Assembly (NCBI GenBank): GCA_009103225.1 | Contig: RHPI01000140.1 | Coordinates: 62,001 to 126,000 of the forward strand | Length of the DNA stretch: 64,000 nucleotides | Source: Chlorokybus atmophyticus | Taxonomy: Eukaryota; Plantae; Mesostigma and Chlorokybus algae | Reading direction: 5' to 3' | Shown here: positions 1 to 11,718 of the stretch, piece after piece | Layout: every line of letters begins with the position of its first letter | How positions within the stretch are numbered: the stretch's first letter is position 1 | The notes under the pieces: model-generated | The model's input: the letters and a program-made list of their open reading frames with translations, nothing else | Told to the model about the DNA's origin: nothing | Databases searched by the model: none | Made by a program: the position numbers and the translations under genes

Positions 1-1574
1 GCAGTAAGAATCCACTCACCCTCAACCACAAACATAGCACCAAACCAACATCAGAGGCATCTGAGGGGCATCAGCACCCAGCAAATCATCACTCACAGTA
101 TGTTGCTCGGTTTGACGTCCCTGTGCACCACCCCCGGCCTCGCTTCCCTATGCAGATACCTCAACCCTCTCGCCGCCCCGACCGCCACTCTGATCCTCTT
201 CTCCCAACTCATACTCTCCCCGCTCTCGTACAACACGCGCGCCAGACACCCGCCGGGACACAACTCCAGCACGAGCAACACACGCCCGGGTTTATCGGCA
301 CACATGCCGTGGAGAGAGATGAGGTTGGAGTGGCGGAGACGGGTGAGCACACGCAACTCAGTAAGGAACTCAGACAATGCTGTGTCAGTGTTGGGGTTAG
401 TATCATTTGTCTCGAGGCGTTTGACTGCGGCGGTGCTGCCGTCCGGGAAGGTAGCTGTGTACACGGCGCCAAAGTGGCCTCTCCCTATCAGATTGTGTGC
501 GCTGAAGTTGTTTGTGGCGGATTGGAGTTGGGCGTAGGTGTACATCACTTGGCCCTCCTGGCGGTAGAGGTAGCTGGGGCGGGGTGCGGTGATGTCGGTG
601 GTGTGGAGGTGGGAAGCGTCCTGAGTGGAGGAGGAGCGACGGCGGCGGGCGGGACCCAACATGCCGCGGGAGAAGTCGTTGTGTTGTGGGTTGGGGCTGG
701 GGGGGGTGTCGTCATCGTTGGCAACATGACTCTGTTTGTTGCCTCCGGCCATGCGTTGGTAACCGCCACGCCTCGCCATGTAGAAAATCAAAGCACCTGT
801 GTGCGTGTGTGCATTAATGCATGCGTGTGCACGTGTGTGAGTGTGCGTGTACACTCACCGACGAGCACCAAGGTAAGCACTCCCCCGGCAGTCGTCCCAA
901 CAATGACTCCAACATGGGAGCCACTGTCGTCTTTTCCATCCGCCGGGCACGGGCTGCCGAGGCCCGTGACTGTGGTGCCCCCGGTGAGCACCAACCCGGC
1001 GGGCACGGGACCACACAGCCCCGAGTTCTTGGCCACCGAACTGCAGCCGGACACACACACACATGCGTGGGCACAGGCACATGCCAACACACACGTGCAC
1101 GAGATTGCACGCAGGCACGTACGCACGTATGCTCGCTCGCACCACCGTATGCACGCACGTGCACATGCGCTCAATACCAACATGAACTGTGCAACAACAA
1201 CCGACTCTCGGACTTACATCACCGTGAGGTTCTTCAGCCTCGCAATGGACTCCGGTATCTCCCCTTCCAGCCTGTTCCCCTCTAATTCCATCCTCCTCAA
1301 TCCCTCGCACCCCTCCCCGAGTCCGGGCGGGATGGTTCCTGTTAACACATTATCGCCGAGGTCGAGGACTTCCAGTCTGGCGAGGGATGCCAGCTCCGGG
1401 GGGATGGGACCGGAGAAGGCGTTGTCGGAGAGGAGGAGGGAGAGGAGGACAGGGAGGTGGGAGAGGGAAGGGGGGAGGGGACCGGACGGGAAGTTGTCGG
1501 ACAGGTTGCTGGAGGGGGGAGGGGGATGAGGGGCAGGGCGCTTGTTAGCATGCGCCCACACACACACACGCGCG

Positions 1575-1643
<69 letters not shown>

Positions 1644-2402
1644 GGGCACGCACATACACACGCATATGCAAAGTGCGCATCATGCTGCAAACACGAATCC
1701 ATTGTTGCCGCTTGCATCTCTTGTAGCTGCGTGAGATTGCCAATCACCGGGTCGAGTGTCCCTCTCAGCCCCGCTCCCTCCATCACCCTATCACCGCCAC
1801 ACCCCACCACCATCACTCACCATCCACCGTACTACTCCAAAACAGCACCACTCACAGCCTGTTGACGCGGCCGTCGGCGTCGCACCCGACCCCGCTCCAC
1901 GCGGAACAGGCGTCGACGGCGCTGCTGTCGCGCCAGGTACCGAGCGCGGCAGTGAGGAGGTCGGAGGAGGACCACGCATCGCGCAGAGAACGGAGCGCTG
2001 ATACTGTGGAATATGCGTGTGCGTTTGTGTGGGGGAGATGCGGTGGGGGTGGGGGTGGGTGGTTGGGTGCGTGTGCGTGCATGTGTGCGCGTGCGCTTGT
2101 GCTTGTGCGTGTACGTGGGTGGCTGTAGGTGGGTGGGTGAGTGGGTGGCCTTGTATGCATGTGTAAGTGTTTGCACGTGCATTTGTGTGCGCATATGCAA
2201 TTGTGAAACTGGCAATGCGCATGATAGGGGTAAACGAAATGTTATGTGGGCCAAAAACAACCGGCTTACGGTCAGCTTGGTCGATTGCAGGCTTCTGGGC
2301 CAGCGCTCCTGCCAACAAATTTCGTGAACAAAGCACACTTAAGGGGCCACCCACCCAGGCACCCACACCCACACCCACACCCACACAGAGAGAGAGAGAG
2401 AN

Positions 2403-2501
<99 letters not shown>

Positions 2502-2597
2502 CTTCTTACCAGTAAAGCAGCAGTACGTTGCACATATCCACACCGCTCCTACCCCCACCACCAGCCGCCCCCATGAGCATGCACCACCCCCAGCCAT
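1..2597 (-). CDS. LRR receptor-like kinase (signal peptide, LRRNT, few LRRs, TM, IRAK/Pelle-type kinase); 3' end runs off the window
   Basis: Exons read MAGGGACSWGRLVVGVGAVWICATYCCFT|VSALRSLRDAW...CSAWSGVGCD (LRRNT), then plant-type LRRs (LSDNAFSGPIPPELASLARLEVLDLGDNVLTGTIP), a TM segment (VGVIVGTTAGGVLTLVLVG...ALIFY) and kinase motifs (YTYAQLQSATNNFS, LIGRGHFGAVY, AAVKRL, HRDVKPSNIL). GT-AG junctions are phase-compatible where checked. Confidence 0.92.
1557..1640. repeat. (CA)n microsatellite in an RLK intron
   Basis: Direct reading. Confidence 0.95.
2387..2494. repeat. (AG)n microsatellite in RLK intron 1, containing an N
   Basis: Direct reading. The N at 2402 suggests an assembly join, so the length is unreliable. 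Confidence 0.95.
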
Positions 2598-5401
2598 GTG
2601 CACAGTGTGTCCACTCCACACACAGTCCAGCGAGCGGCGAGACCAGCCTAACCCTCACCCTCAGCCTCACCAGGCCACTACTGCCAACATCTGATGCATG
2701 AGGGTAGTCTGCTTGGCCTGGACAAGGAGAAGCCTAGCCGTCTTGTCAAGAGGGGTGTTGATGCGTACCAAGGTGACTCAGAGACACGTACACACATTCA
2801 AGCAGCAGTTTAATGCTGCCACGGAAAGAGACAGACGGCGAGCATGCGTGACTATCTTGTGTACGAGTGTGTGAAGGGTTGTGGGCGGGGTTGATGACAG
2901 CTGGCTTGCGCCTGTTGTCTGCCTTCCCACTGCATAAGCGATTGGATGTAAATCTTCCAACCCTTATGCATGGACTTGATGTGCCTTGTCTTGTCCACAA
3001 GCACTGCTGATACCAATTCACCCTACACTGCTTATGCAAGCCAGCGCCCCCCAGTCGTGTGACGTGACAGGGTGCTGGTGTGTGTCGCTTGACTCATCGT
3101 GAATCATAAGTCATGTCACATGACCCTTCGAGCGAAATGACCGCCCATGAATTGTTGAGTGAGTTGTGAGTTTGAGTGCCTGCTGGCTTCATGACGAGGA
3201 GGTTTTGGCTTCGTTGGTGGGACCTTGCTGCGCGATGGTGTGGTGTCCTAAAGTTGCAAGTTTTAGACACCGCACCATCTCTTTAGAATTTTCAAGGCTC
3301 CCGTTGGAATTTTTCAGTGAGGTTGAGTACTTGTAATCGATGGCAACTTGCAGTGAACTAGTTGATGCCACTGCGGAGCGCATGCGACACGAAGTATCGT
3401 ATTATAAGCATGTGTGCTTATGCAGCATGCATGCAGATGACGTTATGCCAACTGAAACAAAAAAGCAACAGTTGATGCCATGACCATTGTTTGCATTGCT
3501 GTGGTTTGTGAATTGCACTATGTATAATCTACTGTCGCCCGTATGGTGTGAGGCGAAGGCGCCTATCACATTATATGTCTTCGAGCTGCGCTTAATGTTG
3601 AAGAGCGTATCCATATCTATTGACATTGAAGAGCACATTATGTATTAAGCGGCACGAGATGAAACCCGTCAAAGTGAGCATGATGGCGCAAAAAAAATAA
3701 TATGCTTTGCTTGAGGATGGATTGGATATGGATTAACGTTATATGTGAAGGATTTGAATGCATGTATGCACTTGTCGGATTCTTGATTGTGCGCATAGGA
3801 AGAGGAATCCTTACATTTATATATACGTTATTAACGAATACACACCCATGATCTTGCACGCACGCGCATGTAAAAGCTTATAAATCGTATACATTTAATC
3901 GCACCCTCCTTCACCCCCAGCATAATTTGGTAACAGAGGATTGTCCCAAGGAGTACATTGCCTTGCATTGCGAAAAAACAATGTGCGATGTGTTACTCAA
4001 GCAATGTGCGTATGTTCAAGCGCAATAGCTAGTGCTTTTTTTGAGACCAATGTTATAATGATGTCGATGTCTCTTATAGTCGATAGCATTAAATTACGCA
4101 CAATTGCAATATCAATCACCGTATGAGTGCACTCATTTTTAATTTTTAAATTCTAAGTTGTATGTTTCACTTGTAAAATGAAGTTGGTGCACAGGGTTTT
4201 AACATTTCAAATGTGCTTAGATGTTAAAGGTGAAACTTGTAAACACCTGTCACATAAGTACCACTTAAATTTATGTGCATTACATGCAGCGTACCTAAAA
4301 CGCATTCAATTGATTAAATTTATTAGATTTATTAGATTAATCCAATACGGCACGCGAAAGTCGGTGCATTTTTTATTTATGATGTTGTCAATGTACTTTC
4401 ATGCACACATGAATTTCTCTATTATGCGTATATAAATGTACATAAGATCTTAAGTGCTGTTTCAGCATTTTAAACAGATTATAGCAATTGAGGAAGTGCA
4501 TGGCGTTAATGCAATGCATGCTGTGCAGTGGCTAACAAAACCGTAGCCATTTAGTGACGTTGAGAGCGGTAGTTAGCAGAGCTAGCGATTGTGGCGGGCG
4601 AGAGTGGCGGCTGCGGGGTTGGGGGAGGGGGAGTTCTTGTGGCTGCTTTTCATGCTGCAGGTTGGCCGCTTACCAACGCCGCATGTGCAGGTGAACGGGT
4701 TGACAATGCAATGCATGTAGACTGACGGGGCAGGCAGGTCGAGATAGTGAATTGTAGCTAGCCGTAGCCCGGTGCTGAAGTGATTATGTGAGTAATGGTG
4801 TCTGGCTGCAAGTGCTGTTTGTACACACCATGCATGCTAATGTGCTTAACACCCTGCATGTGCTCATTCTAGCCGACCACCTTTACACAAATTACACAAA
4901 CAATAAAATGAGTGCTGTATGCATCATAACTTGTGCGCACATCACGATTACATCAAGGATGGGCATTACAATAATGCAAACACATGCGACTTAGCATACG
5001 ATGTTGGAGCCTCCACCTACTTCATTATGTTGTATTATGAACACAGCATATAGTCTTAAAAATAATCAGCTCAGAGCTCAAGCACATTACTAGAATCACG
5101 CTACAAACTTACTGAAAGTATAACTAATCAAAGCTTTGCTGAGATGTACAATCAAAGCTTTCGGGCATTAACACTAGTTTATGTACATGAGGTTTTTGTT
5201 GTCTTCACCACATCACCTTCGTCGCAAAGGCTTTAACACTATCGTATCGGCAAAAAGGAGTATGCATTTTTCGTGTTATCTTACTTCGCCACAAAAGCCT
5301 TCAATGGCTGAAAAGGCTTCTGCCCCTCACGACTTGCGGGGTGTCTTGTAAGTGGCAAAAGTTTGCCACTCACAGTGCGTGGCTGATATATTTCCCACTT
5401 G

Positions 5402-7448
5402 CTAATGGGTCGTATTCTTTACCACATTGTCAATTCGACGTGTGCTTTGGCTCGCATGCATGGGCATTTGCCCACTCTCATCAACCAAAGGTTGATTTGC
5501 AATGCGTGTCAATAGGAATTTGTAGACAAGTTTTCCTTGATCATTTGTCACCAACATCACCTTCTCCACCAAATATAAGCCCCAATATGTGAACACTTTG
5601 CCACCAATACGTCTTGCATCTCGAGAACCCTTTACTACTCTGTGTAAACATGATGGCGTATCAGTATTGCATGGTCGCTCACATTGTGCATATGTCATCT
5701 ATCATCAGATGCGGATGACATGTGTGGCAAGTAGACCATTGTCCAAATTGATTTCCATGCCACAACCCATCGAGCTTGCAATGCACACCCTGTTGACAAC
5801 ATGGCCTAAAGTCATGTACATGTTGTGCAGCCCGCATATTGTGTCAGCAGACGCATGGTTACACATGGTCCAATTCCTGACTGAAGTTAGTGTACCCAAC
5901 GCAGCTGCCAAAGTATGCAGCTGCCAAAGGCTCTACAAACATGGGACATGCTGCATATGCTGCCATTTTGCATAGAAACAGCAACTTTGGGCAGCACATA
6001 ACTACACAGCCACTCTCCACTGCGAGTCTCTAGGCTGCCACACATTGCCACAAGCAAGAAGGGTGTCGCCGAAGCACGCATAAGAAGAGCTGCATGATCA
6101 CAACCAGCAGCGACAGCCACAACCAGCAATGGCCGTATGGAATGTTGTGCAGCAGAATTCATGCATGCTAAGGGATACTCAACAATCCATGCATGACCGC
6201 GACATCAATATGCATAGTATGGCACTTACCTGACAGGGGATCGCATCTTCATGGCGTTTCTTAAGGCCTTGTTGCCCCGTTTAAGCTCCTGGTCTTTGTT
6301 GACCGGTCCTGCACCAATGAACTCAATGCGGCCTTCACTGTCCAGCTCCCGGTTGTTGTACTCCCCGGCCATGACCAGAGCGGTGGCCACGCTGACACCA
6401 TTGGCTACAACCTTAGATTCAATGCCTCCGCGAAACTGCCGAAAGATGCCTGCCCGCAAGTTCAGATAAGCATGCATGCATGCTGAAGCGCATGCAAAGA
6501 GGACAGAGAATGCACAGTAGGACACAACCACACACAAGCTTTGCTGAGTTGTCTCGTGGTGAACAGGCCGAAGGCCTGGCGGATGCACACTACAAACAAC
6601 TACTGCTTGAACGCATGCAAACCAAAGAGCGACATGACTCATACCTGACACTGCCATTTCCCCATGGTTGTAGAAGCGTGCACCAATGTCCACGCCAGGG
6701 ATGGCACCTGCAGTTGCGACACCAACTATCAGAACGACTCAAGGAGGAGGCAGGGGGGAGAAGGACAAGCCAAACATGCGCAAGCAGAAGCAGCTCACCA
6801 ATGCGGTTGTCCGGGTAAGGCAGCCAGCCCAGCTCTTTCATCCATGTGTAGACTCTGCCGAAGATGGCGGGCTTATTGAGCTCGCGTGCTCCAGCCCTGG
6901 CCGCCACCTCCCTGTCATGGAGCTCGTAGCTGGCCACCATGCGCCTGAACTGCACCAGCGCAGTTTGAGTGCGCACATGCTCCAAGCGTCCAGCCGGCTG
7001 AATATCGCTGCTGCTCCGCCCGTCTTTCTTCTCCTCCGCTTCCAGCACAGCTACACATAGCAGAATGGACGGTTTGTAATCATTCACTAAACATACAGTT
7101 AACAATAGAGACACACGCAACCACCAGGCCCAACAGAACAACAGCTTGTTGGTGCTCACCTTTTCTGACAGCTTCAACCCTGCCTCTGTTGTCCAGCTGT
7201 TGAGGCGGCTTGGGAGCAATGTCGCCGTCGTCGAGGTCGACGTCACGCAGCGGCGATGACGGCGCTTTCGTCAGCTCCTTGCGTTGCGCCTTGGCCAGTC
7301 TAACCGCTTTGCTCACTCCCACAGCAACAGCCGTCGGGTGCCGCTTGTGCTGCTGCTCCGCCTCCAAACGCAGCCTCTTGCTGCTATGGTGCTTGAAGAC
7401 GCCCGGTTCGTCCATGGCCATGCGCAACCGCTTGACATGGCTCGCCAT
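5402..7448 (-). CDS. KYP/SUVH4-like SRA (YDG) domain protein, apparently without pre-SET/SET
   Basis: Spliced exons give WMKELGWLPYPDNRIG|AIPGVDIGARFYNHGEMAVSG|IFRQFRGGIES...ATALVMAGEYNNRELDSEGRIEFIGAGPVNKDQELKRGNKAL...SPVR|VVKG...KVFTYWGLYLVEK...LVYKFLLTRIANQP, which follows the SRA layout. The true 3' end is uncertain. Confidence 0.85.
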
Positions 7449-7855
7449 CTGTAACTGCAGGACAACTCCTGACGAGCCTGCCACAATTTACCCCCGCCTT
7501 AGGGCGAGAGCTTGCACACAGACTAGCACGTTTCCACCAGCCCGTCGGCTTCACTCCAAACCGCTGCTAACCAGTGCGGCCTCACCTCTTGAGCCTCGCA
7601 GTCCCTGTCCCACACCGCCACCACCACCACCGCCGCCGCAGCACCACACAAAGCAGTAGGATGCGGTGTGTGCCAATGCGCAGAGGCATGCGGCGGAACC
7701 TTCCAGAACGCGCCGGCGACGTGACCATTGGTCAGAGATGGATAGTCGATGGCCAGTGACCATCGACCATCGACCATAGCGAGACACTGAGAAATTTGGG
7801 TATCTAGCAAGATACTAACTGGCCGGACACGCTTGCAGACAAGCATTGGGACACG

Positions 7856-8779
7856 ATGGTGGCGTTGCCGTTGCTGTTGGCGGTGGTGCCGAGGCATGAG
7901 CTTGTGGCACGGAGCGGGACGAGGACGGGGCAGGGGACATGTATGACTAGGACGAAGACGGTGTGCCGAGCTGGCGGGGGAGAGCAGGTTGCGGCTGACC
8001 CGGCCGCGCTGCTGATTCAGGTGGTTGTATGTACATCTATACGCTGCATGCATGCGTAGAGTACATCGTGCGTGCATATGTTGATGAACGCATTTTCCGT
8101 GTGCGCCTTGCGTGTAGGCTGCTAAGAAGAGGGATGTGGCCCCCGAGAAGGTGATAGAGGCTCTGCAGACGCTGGAATTGAAGCCAAAGCTGGTGAAGGA
8201 GAGTGACATCCAAGGCAGATGGCGATTGGTATGATACTTATCACAGTACCGCAGCATTCTTATCCACTGTGTACATACATGTGAAGTACCATTTTGTTTT
8301 TTGTTTTGTTTGCATTCGCGCTCGCACATCATCAAGTCACAGCTGCACATGTTGATGCATGTTGTCCAGGTGTTCTCGTCATCCGGGCCACGCTTCCTGA
8401 ACTACACTCCCGTGGAGGAGGACTGCATCATTGATACAAAAGCCAACAGCATACAGCTCTGCACATACTTGCTCCCAGCAGGTTGCTGGTGCTGTTTATT
8501 GAAGAAGTCACTTTGTGCCGTGCAATGAACCTACCACTCGCAGATCTGTTGTCTACCGCTTTCCTTGGGCAAGTTGAGTGGGACGACTCTTTGCGGGCAA
8601 TGCACTTCTCGTTTGACCGGATCCAACTCAAGTCGCGGTTTTTCAAGGAGCCACGGGTCATCAAGAGGGAGGGCCAGTCCAAGAGGACGTACTCATTCTA
8701 CTTTATTAGTGACGACAAGACCACCATGGCGGCTCGAAGCAGCGCCGGCAGCCTCACCCTTATGGGGAAACAGCAGTGA
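7856..8779 (+). CDS. Plastid-targeted PAP/fibrillin-like (lipocalin-fold) protein
   Basis: Transit-peptide-like N-terminus, then AAKKRDVAPEKVIEALQTLE...IQGRWRL|VFSS...; MHFSFDRIQLK; FYFISDDKTTMAARSSAGSLTLM. Four exons with GT-AG ends. Confidence 0.7.
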
Positions 8780-9284
8780 CCAGGAGGATGTACCATATGG
8801 TTTGGTAGATATGCGTGTAGCTTTCAGACATATACAGTAGGACATGGTGTAACGTGTGCAGGTCGCAGTCCTGCACAAAGTGTGGGATGGTTCAACATTT
8901 GGATGCAGGGATTGTGGCATGCATGAGAGTCTGAGGCATGCAGCGCAAGCACCACACTACAGCACTCAGCACTTACATGCATGTCAACTTTGTTGGGTGT
9001 TATTATGCAAGACACATGATGCGGATGCTACTCAACACACGACGACAAAGCATGCTGCATACCTGCGTGTATAGAAACAACTTCACTGTGTACTTACTAT
9101 TGTACATGCCTCCCGGCAATCAAGTTTGGTAACATTGCTAACTGCAGTAATGATACTTTTGCAGCTCACTCAGTGTCACTGCTACACATGCAGAAGTCAC
9201 AATCTGCGTGACTAACAACCCAAACTGCACCCGCAGCAGCAGTACAACACACAGCTGCTAGCCCCACTCTTCCTACTCCTGCTG

Positions 9285-11524
9285 CTAAGTGCCATGTATG
9301 GTGTATTTATCGTACTTCTTGTTCAGGTCAAACACCTATTGAGTGACCCATGCATTAGCTCCACCAGGTTGCAACAAGCATATGCTGAACACGCATGCAC
9401 TGACGCGCATGTGCACACGCGCAGGTGCTGACTCACCTCCCATCGCGATGCAGGAAAGATGTGCTTATTCTTTTCGTACCAGTGCCTTTCCACAATCTTG
9501 CCCGCGTGCGACTGCAGTCGCATATGTATTATCAGCCAACAGCTAATGCTTCATAAATTATCAGCCTGTCATTGAGTCATACCTCGTCCTTCTCTTTTGT
9601 CGCGTCGGCCAAGGCGCGAATGTCGTCATGCACATCAAAGTGGAACAACTGTTGCAGACACCAACAAATGAGTGAAGGTGCTCCGCAGTGAAGCAGTCAA
9701 GTTGAATCCGTTCGCACGCACATGCAAATGCACGCACAGCAACGCACCGGTCCGGACTTGCCGCGGGCCTTGTTGACAATTAGATCGTAGAACGTGAACT
9801 GGTGCGGGATGATGAGGTCCTCTTTGATGTAAAGCAGGTTGTCCACACTAGTGGACCGCACTGACCTGAACTCTGGTGACAGCTGCTTCTGCACTGCGGC
9901 CAGAAACGCCCCCACCGTGTCTCCCTTCCTCACCTGGTGGGGTTGCAATGGACATGTTGGGCAATGTAGCAACAACTTGTCGTTGGGTGTTGTAACTTGC
10001 ACTTGCTTACTGAGATCACGCGTCTATGTCCAGTGCCATCCCAGTAACTGTATGTGATCTCCAGTGGCTCATCTGTGGTAGTGCACGCAACAATAGGGTT
10101 AATAACACAATGCAAGGACACATGCACCAGTGCAGCAACAAGCCCACAATGCGTTGAAAGAACAACGTGCAGCCATACTTTTTATAGCGCGCTGCTGCTC
10201 TTTGTACTCAGCTTCCAACTGTGCGCGCAATCGCTTTTCCTCTGAGTCACGCTCTCTGCATGAACCACCATCTGATGCTGTTATTGGTGGTTGACTGGAT
10301 AACCAATGCTTGTAATTAATAAACCCTGCAAGATTGCACACCTGTCTGGCAGGAATGATGTTTCAACATTGGGGTTCTTTGCAAGCTTCTTGGGCTTGGG
10401 TGCCGGTGGCGCGGTTGAGGGCTCCTCATCATCTTCCTCGTCCCCGCCTTCGTCATTGTCAGCAAACGACAAGCGCTGCCATACAACACAAACACGGTTG
10501 GTGGTGGTGCAAAACAGACTGCTCTAGGCAGTATAATAGGTGTGCTTGCTGGCAGCTCTGTATGTCTGAGAATGTTTCAAGCGCACGCGCACGTACGCAT
10601 ATACGCAGGTATAGTGAGTACGTATGAGTACTTCACGAGCGCAAATACGCACTCACCTCTTCACACTTGCGTACACACAAGTTTGAATGCACATATATTA
10701 GTCGATTGCGCATGTATGCATGCATATAAGCACGCTTGCATACACGTACATGACGGCAGCTGTAGCTGGCGATGCACAATCGTGTTGGTCATATGTTGAC
10801 GTGCTGAAGTTAAGTGATCACATACATATGCCTACGCACACATGCCACAAGCACCCACGCGCATGCCCACAGATGAGTGATGTCCGTGCACCTGGCTGTG
10901 GATGTGTCGGGCATTGCGCTTCTTGGTCTCCTTCTGGAACTCCTTGAGGTTGGCGAGGGCCTGCTGTCTTAGGGCCTCCTGGGCGGCGTACTTCTCGCGC
11001 AGGGACTCGCGCACAGCCACAAACTGCTCCTTCGACACGAGACCCACTGTCTCCACCTTGAACGCCTGCTCAAGCACCTGCCGCGACACAACTAACAACA
11101 CAACATAAGCAACGAGCAGTGGCGGTAGTGCCTGTGCATGCACAAACTACTACCGGACTAGCATGGCTTTGCACAATAGGTCGGAACAGCAAGCATGCAG
11201 AATCTTTACTTACAGCTGACAAACGACAGCAAATCAAACCCAAAACTTTCCACTGCTATTCGAATGTACACAAGCGTTGCCACTGCAAATGAGTGTAGCA
11301 CACATGTCTACGCAAGACACACGCACACACCACTGCGTGCATTTTCGGCTTGCCTCTGAGGTGTCTGAGGCGAACTGGAGTAGGCCGGCCGAGGCGGCGG
11401 CCTTGCCGGTGCTGCGCTGCGCCTCCTCGAACTGCCGCTTCTCCTCCTCACGCTTCGCCGTTAGCCGCCTAATCCTCGCCGTGTCGGCCGCTGTCCCCAC
11501 ATACCCATCGCCCATGCCCGCCAT
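9285..11524 (-). CDS. XCT: XAP5/FAM50 family protein (XAP5 circadian timekeeper)
   Basis: Hallmark motifs [78 protein letters not shown], ending YDKYTIHGT*. Confidence 0.96.
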
Positions 11525-11614
11525 CTCACCGACAAGGACGACAAGGACACTCACGACAACGAAGACAACAACAACAACAACTACAACAACCCCGCCGCCG
11601 CCACCGCCGCCGCC

Positions 11615-11623
11615 TAGGGTTTT
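11615..11623. promoter_or_regulatory. Telo-box-like motif (TAGGGTTTT) in the XCT / RING-PUF bidirectional promoter
   Basis: Near match to the plant telo-box AAACCCTAA inside a ~190-bp divergent intergenic region. Confidence 0.35.
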
Positions 11624-11718
11624 GCTGCACGTCAAAGTCCTACTTGGCAGCATTGTTGGTGTGGGTGTTGTGGTCGGTGTTAGGGGGCGGCGGTGTTGTC
11701 CATGTGAGCGTCAGCACC

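Noticed and set aside
123-1529. 468-aa plus-strand ORF
   Set aside because: Antisense shadow of the GC-rich RLK exons; no recognisable domain.
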